From contig JBAZZR010000003.1 of assembly GCA_041658665.1 (NCBI GenBank), positions 68,125 to 132,124 of the forward strand: a stretch of 64,000 nucleotides of DNA, given 5' to 3'. The notes beneath the pieces were generated by a model. That model did no database searches. It was not told where the DNA came from and saw only the letters and a list, made by a program, of their open reading frames with translations. The DNA is from Patescibacteria group bacterium. GTDB taxonomy: Bacteria > Patescibacteriota > Patescibacteriia > Patescibacteriales > UBA12465. Shown in pieces: positions 18,538 to 27,543 of the stretch. Position 1 is the first letter of the stretch. Every line of letters begins with the position of its first letter. The position numbers and the translations under genes are program-made.

Positions 18538-18566
18538 AATATATAGGAAATTTAAGCTATTGTCAA
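18538..18566 (-). promoter_or_regulatory. Sigma-70-type promoter (TTGACA-17 nt-TATATT) for rpsB-tsf
   Basis: -35 at 18561-18566 and -10 at 18538-18543 on the minus strand, just after the stop of the upstream gene. Confidence 0.4.
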
Positions 18567-18577
18567 GGTTATTTTGA

Positions 18578-20134
18578 CTATTTCTGATAAAAATCGGTAA
18601 TCGCCTGATTGAACTCCCGCGCGGTTTGATTATAGTTATTAACTTTAAGTTGATAATCAGTTAAAAGGTCATTATAGACTTTAACTAGACTATTATAAGA
18701 GCTTACTAAATCATTATACTGGGCGCTCTGACCATTATTATAGTAATTATCCATTTGAACTTTTAATTGGCTTAAATCGGTTTCTTGTTGACGCGCGGCG
18801 GCGTTAAGAGAAGTTAAAGCGGTTTGCTTAGCCGCCAAACCTGTCTTAGTAAATTGCAAATACTCGATTTTAGCGCGCGTCGCCGTCAAACCTTTATAAA
18901 TTTGGCCATTAGTCTTCTGATAAATTTCTACTTGGCCTAAATTAGCGCTATTAAACATCGAACCAAACTCATCCGCCGTATTTTGGGCTTTCCCGGGACT
19001 AATACTTTGTGGAATTACGCCCAAGGGGAAATAATTAGTCGTCTCGACATAACAATAGCCAGAACCATTTAGAGAGTCACTAGTCGGGCAAGCGACGCCT
19101 AAAGCGCTGTGATTAATTTCTGGGAAATCTAAAACCGCCGCGCCATAGCCTAATTTTCGTAGTAGCGCTACGGCTAAAAAAGTTTTATCCGAACAAACTC
19201 CTCGACCGAGGTACAAAGTTTCATAAGGATAATAGGGACTGATATTACGGTTGGAGTCAACTGCGACTTTCGCCTGATCATAAGGTAAATATTGCACTAG
19301 CGCTAAAGTAAATTCTAATAATTCGTCATCGCTCCATTTATTTTGCGCCGCTACCGCCCTTAAATCAGCGAGTAAATTATCTAAAGAATAATCATCTGCT
19401 TTAACGTTAAAAAATAAACTATAAAAAGACTCTCGCAAATTACTAGGGGCGGTATTATTAAAATAAGTATAAACTTTAGGAGAATTTTTATAACTATTAT
19501 ATAAAGACGACGATAAAGTCTGACTTATATCATAACTAGTATTTTTATACTTAAAGCTAAAACGTTTAACGGACTCCGAAGAAGTTGACGCTCTAGAAAT
19601 TGGCGCGTCGGCCGCCGCTTCGGGATTCGGATTGAGCGGCGTTATCTTAGGAGAAATTACTTTAGGCGGCAGCGTTAAATTACTTAAATTTTTATTAGTA
19701 ATTCCTAGCCCCTGGCTCTTAATTAGACTAAGGACGACCGACTCGTTCGTGAGGGGATATAATTTAAAGTCCAGGGGGCTAAGATAATAGGCCTGTCCCT
19801 TGTCTTCAACTTTTAAAAGAATACGCCCGGCTAAGCGCCGCGGCGTCGTTTTCTGAAAAACCGCCCAATCTTTATTGCTAACGCCTAAACCTAAAGTACT
19901 TAAAGTTTTTAAAGCCGCTCCTCCTTTAACTAATAAATAACGACGATTATCAGACGGATTAACGTACCAAGCCTGCCCCCGATCTTCGACTTGAATTAAA
20001 AAACGGCCACGTAAATTAACCGCCGCTTGCGCCGCTGACGAATAATAACTAAAACCGTTAATACCAAAATCAGCGCCAAAAACTAGGACGCTGACTAAAC
20101 AAAAAATTATTATTTTAATTTTTTTTGAATTCAT
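18578..20134 (-). CDS. Secreted transglutaminase-like protein with a duplicated N-terminal module and a C-terminal coiled coil
   Basis: N-terminal signal/TM segment (IIIFCLVSVLVFGA). Duplicated module GRFLIQVEDRGQAWYVNP / GRILLKVEDKGQAYYLSP. Transglutaminase-like GRGVCSDKTFLAVALLRKLGY ... NHSALGV. The Q/N-rich C-terminus looks heptad-like. Confidence 0.7.
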   Translation of the reverse strand: MNSKKIKIIIFCLVSVLVFGADFGINGFSYYSSAAQAAVNLRGRFLIQVEDRGQAWYVNPSDNRRYLLVKGGAALKTLSTLGLGVSNKDWAVFQKTTPRRLAGRILLKVEDKGQAYYLSPLDFKLYPLTNESVVLSLIKSQGLGITNKNLSNLTLPPKVISPKITPLNPNPEAAADAPISRASTSSESVKRFSFKYKNTSYDISQTLSSSLYNSYKNSPKVYTYFNNTAPSNLRESFYSLFFNVKADDYSLDNLLADLRAVAAQNKWSDDELLEFTLALVQYLPYDQAKVAVDSNRNISPYYPYETLYLGRGVCSDKTFLAVALLRKLGYGAAVLDFPEINHSALGVACPTSDSLNGSGYCYVETTNYFPLGVIPQSISPGKAQNTADEFGSMFNSANLGQVEIYQKTNGQIYKGLTATRAKIEYLQFTKTGLAAKQTALTSLNAAARQQETDLSQLKVQMDNYYNNGQSAQYNDLVSSYNSLVKVYNDLLTDYQLKVNNYNQTAREFNQAITDFYQK

Positions 20135-20202
20135 AAGAATAGGGACAAAAAATTTAAGCTCCGGTTCTACCTAGTTTTAAAGATCCGATCCACTAAAAAA
20201 AT

Positions 20203-20886
20203 TTAATCCGCTAAAGTAATAAAGAGATCCTCTTTTGGCACTAACGGCAAATGGCTAACATCGTTAATAAAACTGACTTTAACATAACCGTCGCGATCAA
20301 TCACTATCTTACTAATTGAAGACTGGAAAATTTCTAAGGACAAGAAACCGAGCACATCAGCATCCAGGATACCCGTTATCAAGGCTTTAATAAAATTACC
20401 GTGTGAGAAGACAAGCACCCGATGACCGCGATTGCGACGGAATAAATCGGCTAAAGCGCGCCGCGCCGTTATTTGCATCTTATCTAATTCTTTATAAAGC
20501 TGCGGGTGAGACGGTAATTTATTCTTTCGGCTCGACTCGGACATGTTAAAATATTTAATTTTATGCCAATGCGTCCAATCAATTTCATCCAAACGCTGAT
20601 CAATAATCATCGTCAAACCAGTTTTCTTAATATAGCTCGCCGCCGTCTCTTGAGCGCGAATTAAACCACTAGAATAAACTTTATCGATATCAAGAGACAA
20701 TAATTTTTTAGTCAGATATTTTCTCTGCTTTAAACCGAAGGGGGAAAGAGGCATATTATAAGGCCCCCGTTTTTTTTCTAAAGAATAATTAGGATTACAA
20801 TGACGAATTAAATAAATTTCCGTATAGGGACGCTGCGTCCGGGGCTTAAGTTTAATATAAGGATTCTGATACATAAAAACGGTCAA
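20203..20886 (-). CDS. Histidine phosphatase superfamily protein (phosphoglycerate-mutase-like)
   Basis: IYLIRHC (RH motif), LSPFGLKQ, SSGLIRAQETA and VFSHGNFIKAL. Confidence 0.65.
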   Translation of the reverse strand: MTVFMYQNPYIKLKPRTQRPYTEIYLIRHCNPNYSLEKKRGPYNMPLSPFGLKQRKYLTKKLLSLDIDKVYSSGLIRAQETAASYIKKTGLTMIIDQRLDEIDWTHWHKIKYFNMSESSRKNKLPSHPQLYKELDKMQITARRALADLFRRNRGHRVLVFSHGNFIKALITGILDADVLGFLSLEIFQSSISKIVIDRDGYVKVSFINDVSHLPLVPKEDLFITLAD

Positions 20887-20920
20887 CTAAAAAATAAGAC
20901 GGTAAAAAAAATTAAGTTAA

Positions 20921-21025
20921 GTAATAAATACTAAATATTAGGTGCTAGATCATAAATACTAAATACTAAGTATTAGATCATAGATACTAGATGCCAAATA
21001 ATAGGTACTATACTAAATACAAAAT
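20921..21025. repeat. AT-rich intergenic degenerate direct repeats (tagatcata[a/g]atacta...) containing a 13-nt palindrome
   Basis: ctagatcataaatactaaatactaagtat and tagatcatagatactagatgcc. The palindrome AATACT-a-AGTATT is at 20962-20974. Confidence 0.5.
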
Positions 21026-21029
21026 AAAA

Positions 21030-21620
21030 CTATAAATTATCCTGAACAAATTTCCAATTTAATAAATTATGCAAAACCGCTTCCACAAAATCCGCGCGGC
21101 GATTCTGATAGTCTAAATAATAAGAATGTTCCCAAACGTCGAGAGCCAAAAGAATTTTTAGGCCGGACGTTAGAGGATTATTAGCATTAGCCGTCTTCAT
21201 TATTTTCAAAACTTCTCCCTCACGAACCAACCAAACCCAACCGCTCCCAAACTGTCCTAAAGCCGCGGTCTTAAACTGAGCATAAAAGTCAGTTAAAGAG
21301 CCAAAAGATTTATTGATCAAGTCTAAAACGGCCGCCGTCGGTTCTATTTTAGTCTCGGCCGGCGCTAAGCATTGCCAAAAAATCTGATGATTATAGCTTT
21401 GGGCGGCGTTATTAAAAATAGCACTCAACGCGGGGTTGTTAGCGGTTTTCACGACTATATCGACTAAAGACATATTTTCAAATTCCGTACCGATAATCAG
21501 CTTATTTAAGTTATCCAGATAAGCCTGGTGGTGTTTGCCATAATGAAATTCTAAAGTACGAGCCGACATATACGGCTCTAAAGCCGACTGTTCATAAGGT
21601 AATATTGGTAAAGTAAACAT
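21030..21620 (-). CDS. Fe/Mn superoxide dismutase
   Basis: HHQAY and DVWEHSYYLDYQNRR motifs. Confidence 0.93.
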   Translation of the reverse strand: MFTLPILPYEQSALEPYMSARTLEFHYGKHHQAYLDNLNKLIIGTEFENMSLVDIVVKTANNPALSAIFNNAAQSYNHQIFWQCLAPAETKIEPTAAVLDLINKSFGSLTDFYAQFKTAALGQFGSGWVWLVREGEVLKIMKTANANNPLTSGLKILLALDVWEHSYYLDYQNRRADFVEAVLHNLLNWKFVQDNL

Positions 21621-21673
21621 AAAATTATTATTAATTAATTAGTCTAAACAATTAAATTATAACTTAATTATCT

Positions 21674-22231
21674 TCAAGTATCAACCGCTTGCCGCAGAGC
21701 CCGACGTTTTTTCTGATAGTCCGGAATAGTTTTAGCCACGGCGGACCAAAAATTTGGCGAATGATTAAATTCGCCTAAGTGACAAAGCTCGTGAACAATT
21801 AAATAGTCCCGCAAAGGTGGCGCTAAATCTAAAAGACGATGATTGAAATTAAGGTTAGCGCGCCGCGAACAACTCCCCCAGCGGGTACTCTGGTTACGAA
21901 TACTTATCCGCTTATAACTAAAGCCATAAAACTGATTAAAATATTCCAAACGCTCTTTGACTAAAGAATACGCAGCGACTCGTCGTTTTAAATAACTAGC
22001 TTTATCGAGCAAGGGCGCAAGCCCGCGCCGCGGTAACTTATCAAGTTTTTCTTGCAACCATTCCTTTTTACTCTCGATCAGAAGCCGTGTTTGTCGCAAA
22101 CTTACGTAACGGGGTTTAGTAATTAAAATCCGCCCATCTCTATAAACGCTTAAGCGTAAATTCTTCGATAGGCGGTTAGTCTTAATTTGATATTCAATAG
22201 TTTTCTGATTATTTAGAATCAAAGAGGACAT
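21674..22231 (-). CDS. YgjP-like metal-dependent hydrolase (DUF45, HExxH)
   Basis: WGSCS ... IVHELCHLGEFNHSPNFW. Confidence 0.8.
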   Translation of the reverse strand: MSSLILNNQKTIEYQIKTNRLSKNLRLSVYRDGRILITKPRYVSLRQTRLLIESKKEWLQEKLDKLPRRGLAPLLDKASYLKRRVAAYSLVKERLEYFNQFYGFSYKRISIRNQSTRWGSCSRRANLNFNHRLLDLAPPLRDYLIVHELCHLGEFNHSPNFWSAVAKTIPDYQKKRRALRQAVDT

Positions 22232-22240
22232 GACGACGAT

Positions 22241-23320
22241 TTACAAATTTTTATTAAGCGACCTATTTTTCGGCCGACCTTTTAACTGGCCGCAAGCGGC
22301 GCCTATCGCCGAGCCAAAACTCAAACGAATAGTCGCGGGCACGCCATTAGACTCTAAGATTTCCTTAAATCTCGCAATTCTTTCTCGACTAGACGGCTCA
22401 AAACGACCCGTCGGATTATAAGGAATAAGATTAACTAAGTAGAGAGGCCGCTGTAATAATTTAGCGAGCGCAAGAGCGTCGGCATCGCTATCATTGATAT
22501 TTTTAAGCATTAAATATTCGAACATAACCCGCCGGCCAGTTTTAATAATATAATGATCAACCGCTTTCAAAATTTCAAACAAGCTATATTTTTTAGCAAT
22601 CGGCATTAAGCCGGCTCGCTGCTCATCCTTGGCTGCGTGTAAAGATATAGCTAAATTAATTTGTAATTTTTCCCCTGCTAAACGTTTAATACCCTCTACT
22701 AGACCCGCCGTTGAAACCGACATCCGGCGCGAACCAATATTTAAGGTCTCCGGATTATTAATAAATTTGACGGCTTTAATAAACTGGTCATAATTTAAAA
22801 ATGGTTCACCCATACCCATAAAGACTAAATTATCTATTTTAGCGCCCCCTTTTTCGGCTTTTAAATAACGCGCCCATAAAATAACTTGTTCAACTATTTC
22901 TGCGGCGTTTAAATTACGAGTAAAACCACGTTCGCCGGTCGCACAAAAAACGCAACCCAAGGAACAACCAACCTGAGAAGAAACACAAACCGTATAACGG
23001 AAATCACTACCACCATTAGTCGGGTCGACCGTTTTTTTTCTTTGACGAATTAAAACAGTTTCTACTGTTTCTCCGTCTTCTAAAGTAATTAGGGCCTTTA
23101 GACTAGTCGTGCTCGTCTTATCCTTAATAATCTCCGCTTTAATTTCGAGCGGGCAATCAAGCGTTAATTTTTCTCGCAAATTCTTCGGCAAATTCGAAAC
23201 CTGGTCCCAAGTAGCAATAAAATCCTGAAACACGGCTTTATTTACCTGGGAGTAGCGATACTTTGCTTCTGGCGCTAAAATTTGGGTTAATTTTTCTAAA
23301 TTCATAGTGGTGTTATTCAT
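22241..23320 (-). CDS. rlmN: 23S rRNA/tRNA adenine-C2 methyltransferase RlmN (radical SAM)
   Basis: VCVSSQVGCSLGCVFCATG (CxxxCxxC), GMGEP, and the C-terminal catalytic Cys (GAACGQL). Confidence 0.9.
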   Translation of the reverse strand: MNNTTMNLEKLTQILAPEAKYRYSQVNKAVFQDFIATWDQVSNLPKNLREKLTLDCPLEIKAEIIKDKTSTTSLKALITLEDGETVETVLIRQRKKTVDPTNGGSDFRYTVCVSSQVGCSLGCVFCATGERGFTRNLNAAEIVEQVILWARYLKAEKGGAKIDNLVFMGMGEPFLNYDQFIKAVKFINNPETLNIGSRRMSVSTAGLVEGIKRLAGEKLQINLAISLHAAKDEQRAGLMPIAKKYSLFEILKAVDHYIIKTGRRVMFEYLMLKNINDSDADALALAKLLQRPLYLVNLIPYNPTGRFEPSSRERIARFKEILESNGVPATIRLSFGSAIGAACGQLKGRPKNRSLNKNL

Positions 23321-23365
23321 TGATTAAAAATCGGCTGGATTATTTTTCTAAACTATTTTTCTGGA

Positions 23366-24475
23366 TTATTTTTTATGAAGAGTTATTTTGACTATTTCAC
23401 TGCGCGCTGCGGTTCGCATCGGCGGCCCCCAAGAACCGGCTCCGGAATTGACGATCAAGGAAAAATCTCCTTCGGTAAAAAATCCATAGCCATGTCCTTC
23501 ATGAGCTAAATTAACGATATAATTAAAAGGCCAAATCTGACCATCATGCGTATGCCCCGAGAGCTGTAAATCAATACCGGATTTTTTAGCGAGAGCAATA
23601 TTCTTAGGCACATGTAACATTAGAATACTAGGCTGATGCGGATCATAGGCGACCTGTTTTAAAATCGCCTCTTCTAAATTAAAATCACTATTAAAAGAAT
23701 AATTAATGCCAATAATCTGCAAACCATCAACCACCACCAGCTGATTATCCAAAATCTTAACCGGATTATTTTCGAGCATACTAATTACCCGGCTGAAACC
23801 TAAATATAAATCATGATTACCAAAACCGTAGTAAATCCCTCTCGGCACCTGTAGCCGCGTAAAAGGATGATTAAGCCAAGAAAAATCTGATTCGGTTCCG
23901 TCGAATAAATCACCAGTAATAAAAACGGCTGTCGGTTTTAACGCCTGAATCCGATCAATTAGGCGATCAAAAAATTTTTTGCGGTGAATCGGGCCGAGAT
24001 GAACATCGGATAATTGCACAATCACTTTATTATCCCAGGCGGCCGGTAAATTTTTAATAAAAACTTCATAACTAGTAATTTGTGGAAAAAAAGCCCGGTA
24101 GACACCGGCGATGGAAAGAAGGAGAGCGCCGGCTAAAAAAATAATCTTGAGATGTAAATCGGGGACATAAAAACCAAATGTCCAACCGGATAACCTAATT
24201 AAAGCAATTAAAAGAGCCATCAAACAAAGATTAATCGAGAGCCCAACCCAAAGATTAGAAAAAAGATAATAAATTCTGGTCAGAAGATTATCCCATTTAT
24301 GAATAATATAAGAAGCGATAAGAGCATTCAAGAATAAACCAAAGATAATAATCGCCACCATGGCCTGATTATAAGCCGAAGTAATATCAAAAAACCTAAC
24401 CAAAATATACCAAAATAAAACATTGGCCACAAACAGGATCAGCATCGAAGTAGCAAAAAAGATAAATTGCATCAT
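23366..24475 (-). CDS. Membrane-anchored metallophosphoesterase (YkuE-like)
   Basis: Four N-terminal TM helices, then SDVHLG, GDLFDG, GNHD and GHTHDGQ. Confidence 0.8.
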   Translation of the reverse strand: MMQFIFFATSMLILFVANVLFWYILVRFFDITSAYNQAMVAIIIFGLFLNALIASYIIHKWDNLLTRIYYLFSNLWVGLSINLCLMALLIALIRLSGWTFGFYVPDLHLKIIFLAGALLLSIAGVYRAFFPQITSYEVFIKNLPAAWDNKVIVQLSDVHLGPIHRKKFFDRLIDRIQALKPTAVFITGDLFDGTESDFSWLNHPFTRLQVPRGIYYGFGNHDLYLGFSRVISMLENNPVKILDNQLVVVDGLQIIGINYSFNSDFNLEEAILKQVAYDPHQPSILMLHVPKNIALAKKSGIDLQLSGHTHDGQIWPFNYIVNLAHEGHGYGFFTEGDFSLIVNSGAGSWGPPMRTAARSEIVKITLHKK

Positions 24476-24523
24476 ATATTTTAGTTTTCCGGAAGACTAA
24501 AAACTGAGGATTAGAAAAAGGGC

Positions 24524-25813
24524 TTATTTAACGCTAAAAGGAAAAGTGGCGTAGCTCGCTTTTTCTCCCAGCGCCGCGGCGATTTCTAAGAGACGATTAT
24601 ATTTAGCGGTCCGCTCCGAACGAGCGGGCGCGCCAGTTTTAATTTGTCCGGTTCCTAGCGCCACGACTAAATCGGCAATGAAAGAATCTTCGGTTTCGCC
24701 GCTGCGGTGAGAAATAACGGCTGTCAAATTACTAGCTCGCGCCAGTAGAATAGCGGCGACGGTCTCCGATAGCGTCCCGATCTGATTAAGTTTTATTAAA
24801 ATAGAGTTAGTCGCCTTATCTTTAATGCCCCGCTCTAAACGCTCGACACTAGTTGCATAAAGATCATCACCGACTATTTGGACCGCCTGACCGAATTTGG
24901 CAGTAAATTCCTGAAAACTCGACCAATCGTCTTCCGCAAAAATATCCTCAAAAGAATAAATCGGATACTTGGCTTGTAGTTCGCTATAGAATGTCGCTAG
25001 TTCCGCGCCACTTAAAATTTTATTTTCTTTTTTTAAATTATATGTCCCCTCAGAATAAAATTCCGTTGCGGCAGCATCAATTCCAAAAACAATATCTCGG
25101 CCTAAAACATAGCCAGCGGCCCTAACCGCTTCGACTAGAAGAATAAAGGCTTCCTCATTATTACTAACCGCCGGGGCAAATCCCCCCTCATCGCCGACAC
25201 TAATTGAATAAGACTTAGATTTAAGAATTTTTTTTAAACTCTGATAAACCTCGGCGCCACAGCGCACCGCGGCCGCCATAGTTTTTGCTCCAACCGGTAA
25301 AATCAAATATTCTTGAATATCAGTCGCCCAGTTAGCGTGTTTCCCGCCGTTTAAAACATTCATCATCGGTACCGGCAAATAATAATGACCGGAAAAATTA
25401 GGATCAAACTTAGTCAAATACTGATACAGCGGTAAACCTAAAGAATTAGCCGCGGCCCGAGCCGCCGCTAAAGAAACCGCTAAAATAGCATTAGCGCCTA
25501 ACTTCGCTTTATTCGTCGTTGCGTCCAGCTTAATCATAATATCATCAATCATCGCTTGATCTTCTACCTCCTGGCCGACTAAAGCCGGTTTAATTTTTTC
25601 GGTAATATTTTTAATCGCCTGCTGAACGCCCAAACCGTCATAGAATTTTTCATCATTATCGCGTAGTTCTACGGCCTCATGACTCCCGGTAGAAGCGCCC
25701 GAAGGAACCATGGCTGTCCCCTGGACGCCATTGTCTAATTTAATCGTCGCTGCGATAGTCGGATTACCGCGAGAATCCAAAATTTCTAAAGCCGAGATAT
25801 CTTTTATTTTCAT
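24524..25813 (-). CDS. eno: Enolase
   Basis: 429 aa with SRGNPT, SHRSGETED and IKTGAPARSER. Confidence 0.97.
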   Translation of the reverse strand: MKIKDISALEILDSRGNPTIAATIKLDNGVQGTAMVPSGASTGSHEAVELRDNDEKFYDGLGVQQAIKNITEKIKPALVGQEVEDQAMIDDIMIKLDATTNKAKLGANAILAVSLAAARAAANSLGLPLYQYLTKFDPNFSGHYYLPVPMMNVLNGGKHANWATDIQEYLILPVGAKTMAAAVRCGAEVYQSLKKILKSKSYSISVGDEGGFAPAVSNNEEAFILLVEAVRAAGYVLGRDIVFGIDAAATEFYSEGTYNLKKENKILSGAELATFYSELQAKYPIYSFEDIFAEDDWSSFQEFTAKFGQAVQIVGDDLYATSVERLERGIKDKATNSILIKLNQIGTLSETVAAILLARASNLTAVISHRSGETEDSFIADLVVALGTGQIKTGAPARSERTAKYNRLLEIAAALGEKASYATFPFSVK

Positions 25814-25817
25814 AAAT

Positions 25818-26846
25818 TTAGAAAATTACATTAGTTTTATATAAATAAGCTTCCGAACGGTCTAAAACTCGACGTAAAATTTTAATCGCCGCAACCGGAT
25901 AATCACCGACGGCCGTTTCATCCGACAACATAACCATATCCGCTCCATCAAAAACCGCGTTAGCGATATCGGAAATTTCGGCGCGCGTCGGATGCGGATT
26001 AGTAATCATAGAAGTCATAACTTGAGTCGCAATAATCGCCGGTTTATCGTGCCAATGGGCGTGACGAACTAAATTCTTTTGAATAATTGGCAGATCTTCA
26101 ATCGGTACTTCAATGCCGAGATCGCCGCGCGCTACCATAATTACATCCGAAGCCGAAATAATCTCATCAATATTTTTTAAAGCGACCCCCCGTTCAATTT
26201 TAGAAATAATTTTAACCTTACTCTTCTGGCCCAAGAGACGACGCAAACGTTTAACGTCTTCGGCGGTCTGGACAAAAGAGAGGGCGACATAATCCATCCC
26301 CGCCTTTAAACCAAATCGGACATTTTTAATATCGCGAGCGGTCATTCCACCTTTTTTAATATGCGTATAAGGCACATTAATTCCCTTTCTAGAACTTAGC
26401 AAACCACCGGAAACTACTTTAGCGGTAATGACTTTATTCTTAATATCCATCACTAATAATTCAAGGGCGCCATTACATAAAAATAAGGGCTCATCTTTCT
26501 TAATATCAAGATACAAATCAGCATTATTAATCGGAATGGCTCCCCCGGGTTTATAAGGTTTATTCGAATAAGAAAATTTATAAACTTCCCTTTCTCTAAG
26601 CATCAGCCCCTCGAACGGCAAAACGCCAACGCGAATACGCGGTCCTTGTAAATCTAACATCAAAGAGATTTTCCGATCAGATCGTCGATTAAAGTCATTA
26701 ATAATTTTTTTAATATTACGGTACTGATCGTAATTAGCGTGCGAAAAGTTAACCCGAACAATATCTACTCCCGCCTTAAATAAGGCTAAAAGTTCAGCCG
26801 GTTTTTCACTCTTCGGTCCGATAGTCGCAATAATTTTTGTGGTCAT
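25818..26846 (-). CDS. pyk: Pyruvate kinase, short form lacking the C-terminal regulatory domain
   Basis: KIIATIGP, NFSHA and MVARGDLGIEVP. It is only 342 aa and ends after the A domain. Confidence 0.9.
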   Translation of the reverse strand: MTTKIIATIGPKSEKPAELLALFKAGVDIVRVNFSHANYDQYRNIKKIINDFNRRSDRKISLMLDLQGPRIRVGVLPFEGLMLREREVYKFSYSNKPYKPGGAIPINNADLYLDIKKDEPLFLCNGALELLVMDIKNKVITAKVVSGGLLSSRKGINVPYTHIKKGGMTARDIKNVRFGLKAGMDYVALSFVQTAEDVKRLRRLLGQKSKVKIISKIERGVALKNIDEIISASDVIMVARGDLGIEVPIEDLPIIQKNLVRHAHWHDKPAIIATQVMTSMITNPHPTRAEISDIANAVFDGADMVMLSDETAVGDYPVAAIKILRRVLDRSEAYLYKTNVIF

Positions 26847-26907
26847 AATAAACTAAAATAAAGACATACTAAATGTCCTTTAATAAAAGGCAATAAAAGC
26901 CAACTTT

Positions 26908-26936
26908 ATTATAAAGAAAAAATAAGATTTTGCCAA
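26908..26936 (-). promoter_or_regulatory. Sigma-70-type promoter (TTGGCA-17 nt-TATAAT) for pyk-eno
   Basis: -35 at 26931-26936 and -10 at 26908-26913 on the minus strand, about 60 nt upstream of the pyk ATG. Confidence 0.5.
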
Positions 26937-26955
26937 GTTAAAAATATTAATAAAT

Positions 26956-26984
26956 TTGACAAATAATAAAATTAATTATAAAGT
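26956..26984 (+). promoter_or_regulatory. Candidate divergent promoter (TTGACA-17 nt-TAAAGT) for the 147-aa gene
   Basis: -35 at 26956-26961 and a weak -10 at 26979-26984. The background is AT-rich, so specificity is low. Confidence 0.3.
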
Positions 26985-27041
26985 ATATTTAATTTTAAAA
27001 CTTAATTAACTGTTCATTTTTCAATAAAAATAAGGTGTGTA

Positions 27042-27485
27042 ATGGAAAAAATACTGATCATCACTGTTGGCGCAACGGCAACCGACGTTAATCCCGGACT
27101 AACGCCAACGGGAAAAGGGCAAATGAATTCTATTTTGAATTCTGGCCTCTTAGCCAAGGTAACCAGTGATTATTATATAATCAGTGGAAGCAAACCTCAT
27201 TATAACGAGGCGGCCAAATGGCTGGGGCTAGAGATCAACATTTCCCGGGAAGAAGTCGGAATACAATGTGGCTCGCAATATATCGGTCAAATAATCGAAT
27301 GGTTTATGAACCACTACGTGACACAGTTCGACAAACCAATCCTGATAGTTGACCCCAGTTTTATCGGCCCGAAAGGCAAACCAGGCATGGTTATTGAAAT
27401 CGCGTCCAACGGACAAGCGATAACCTGGCCTCTCGCTCATTATAAAATTTTGTTCTCCGATAATCAACTAACGAAAACGGAATAA
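27042..27485 (+). CDS. Hypothetical protein (147 aa)
   Basis: It has an AAGGTG ribosome-binding site 4 nt upstream and its own terminator. It is the only plus-strand gene in about 37 kb. No confident motif. Confidence 0.5.
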   Translation: MEKILIITVGATATDVNPGLTPTGKGQMNSILNSGLLAKVTSDYYIISGSKPHYNEAAKWLGLEINISREEVGIQCGSQYIGQIIEWFMNHYVTQFDKPILIVDPSFIGPKGKPGMVIEIASNGQAITWPLAHYKILFSDNQLTKTE

Positions 27486-27516
27486 ATCCCACCTGAACGA
27501 ATACCGGACCTTCCTC

Positions 27517-27543
27517 GGCTGCGACCCAAACGCAGCCTTTTTT
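27517..27543 (+). terminator. Intrinsic terminator
   Basis: GGCTGCG-acccaaa-CGCAGCC followed by T6. The T-run overlaps the stop codon of the convergent tgt gene. Confidence 0.65.

Noticed and set aside
26847-27041. A 195-nt AT-rich spacer examined for a small RNA or riboswitch.
   Set aside because: Divergent promoter-like hexamers explain it, and no conserved-looking stem-loops or known riboswitch cores were recognisable.
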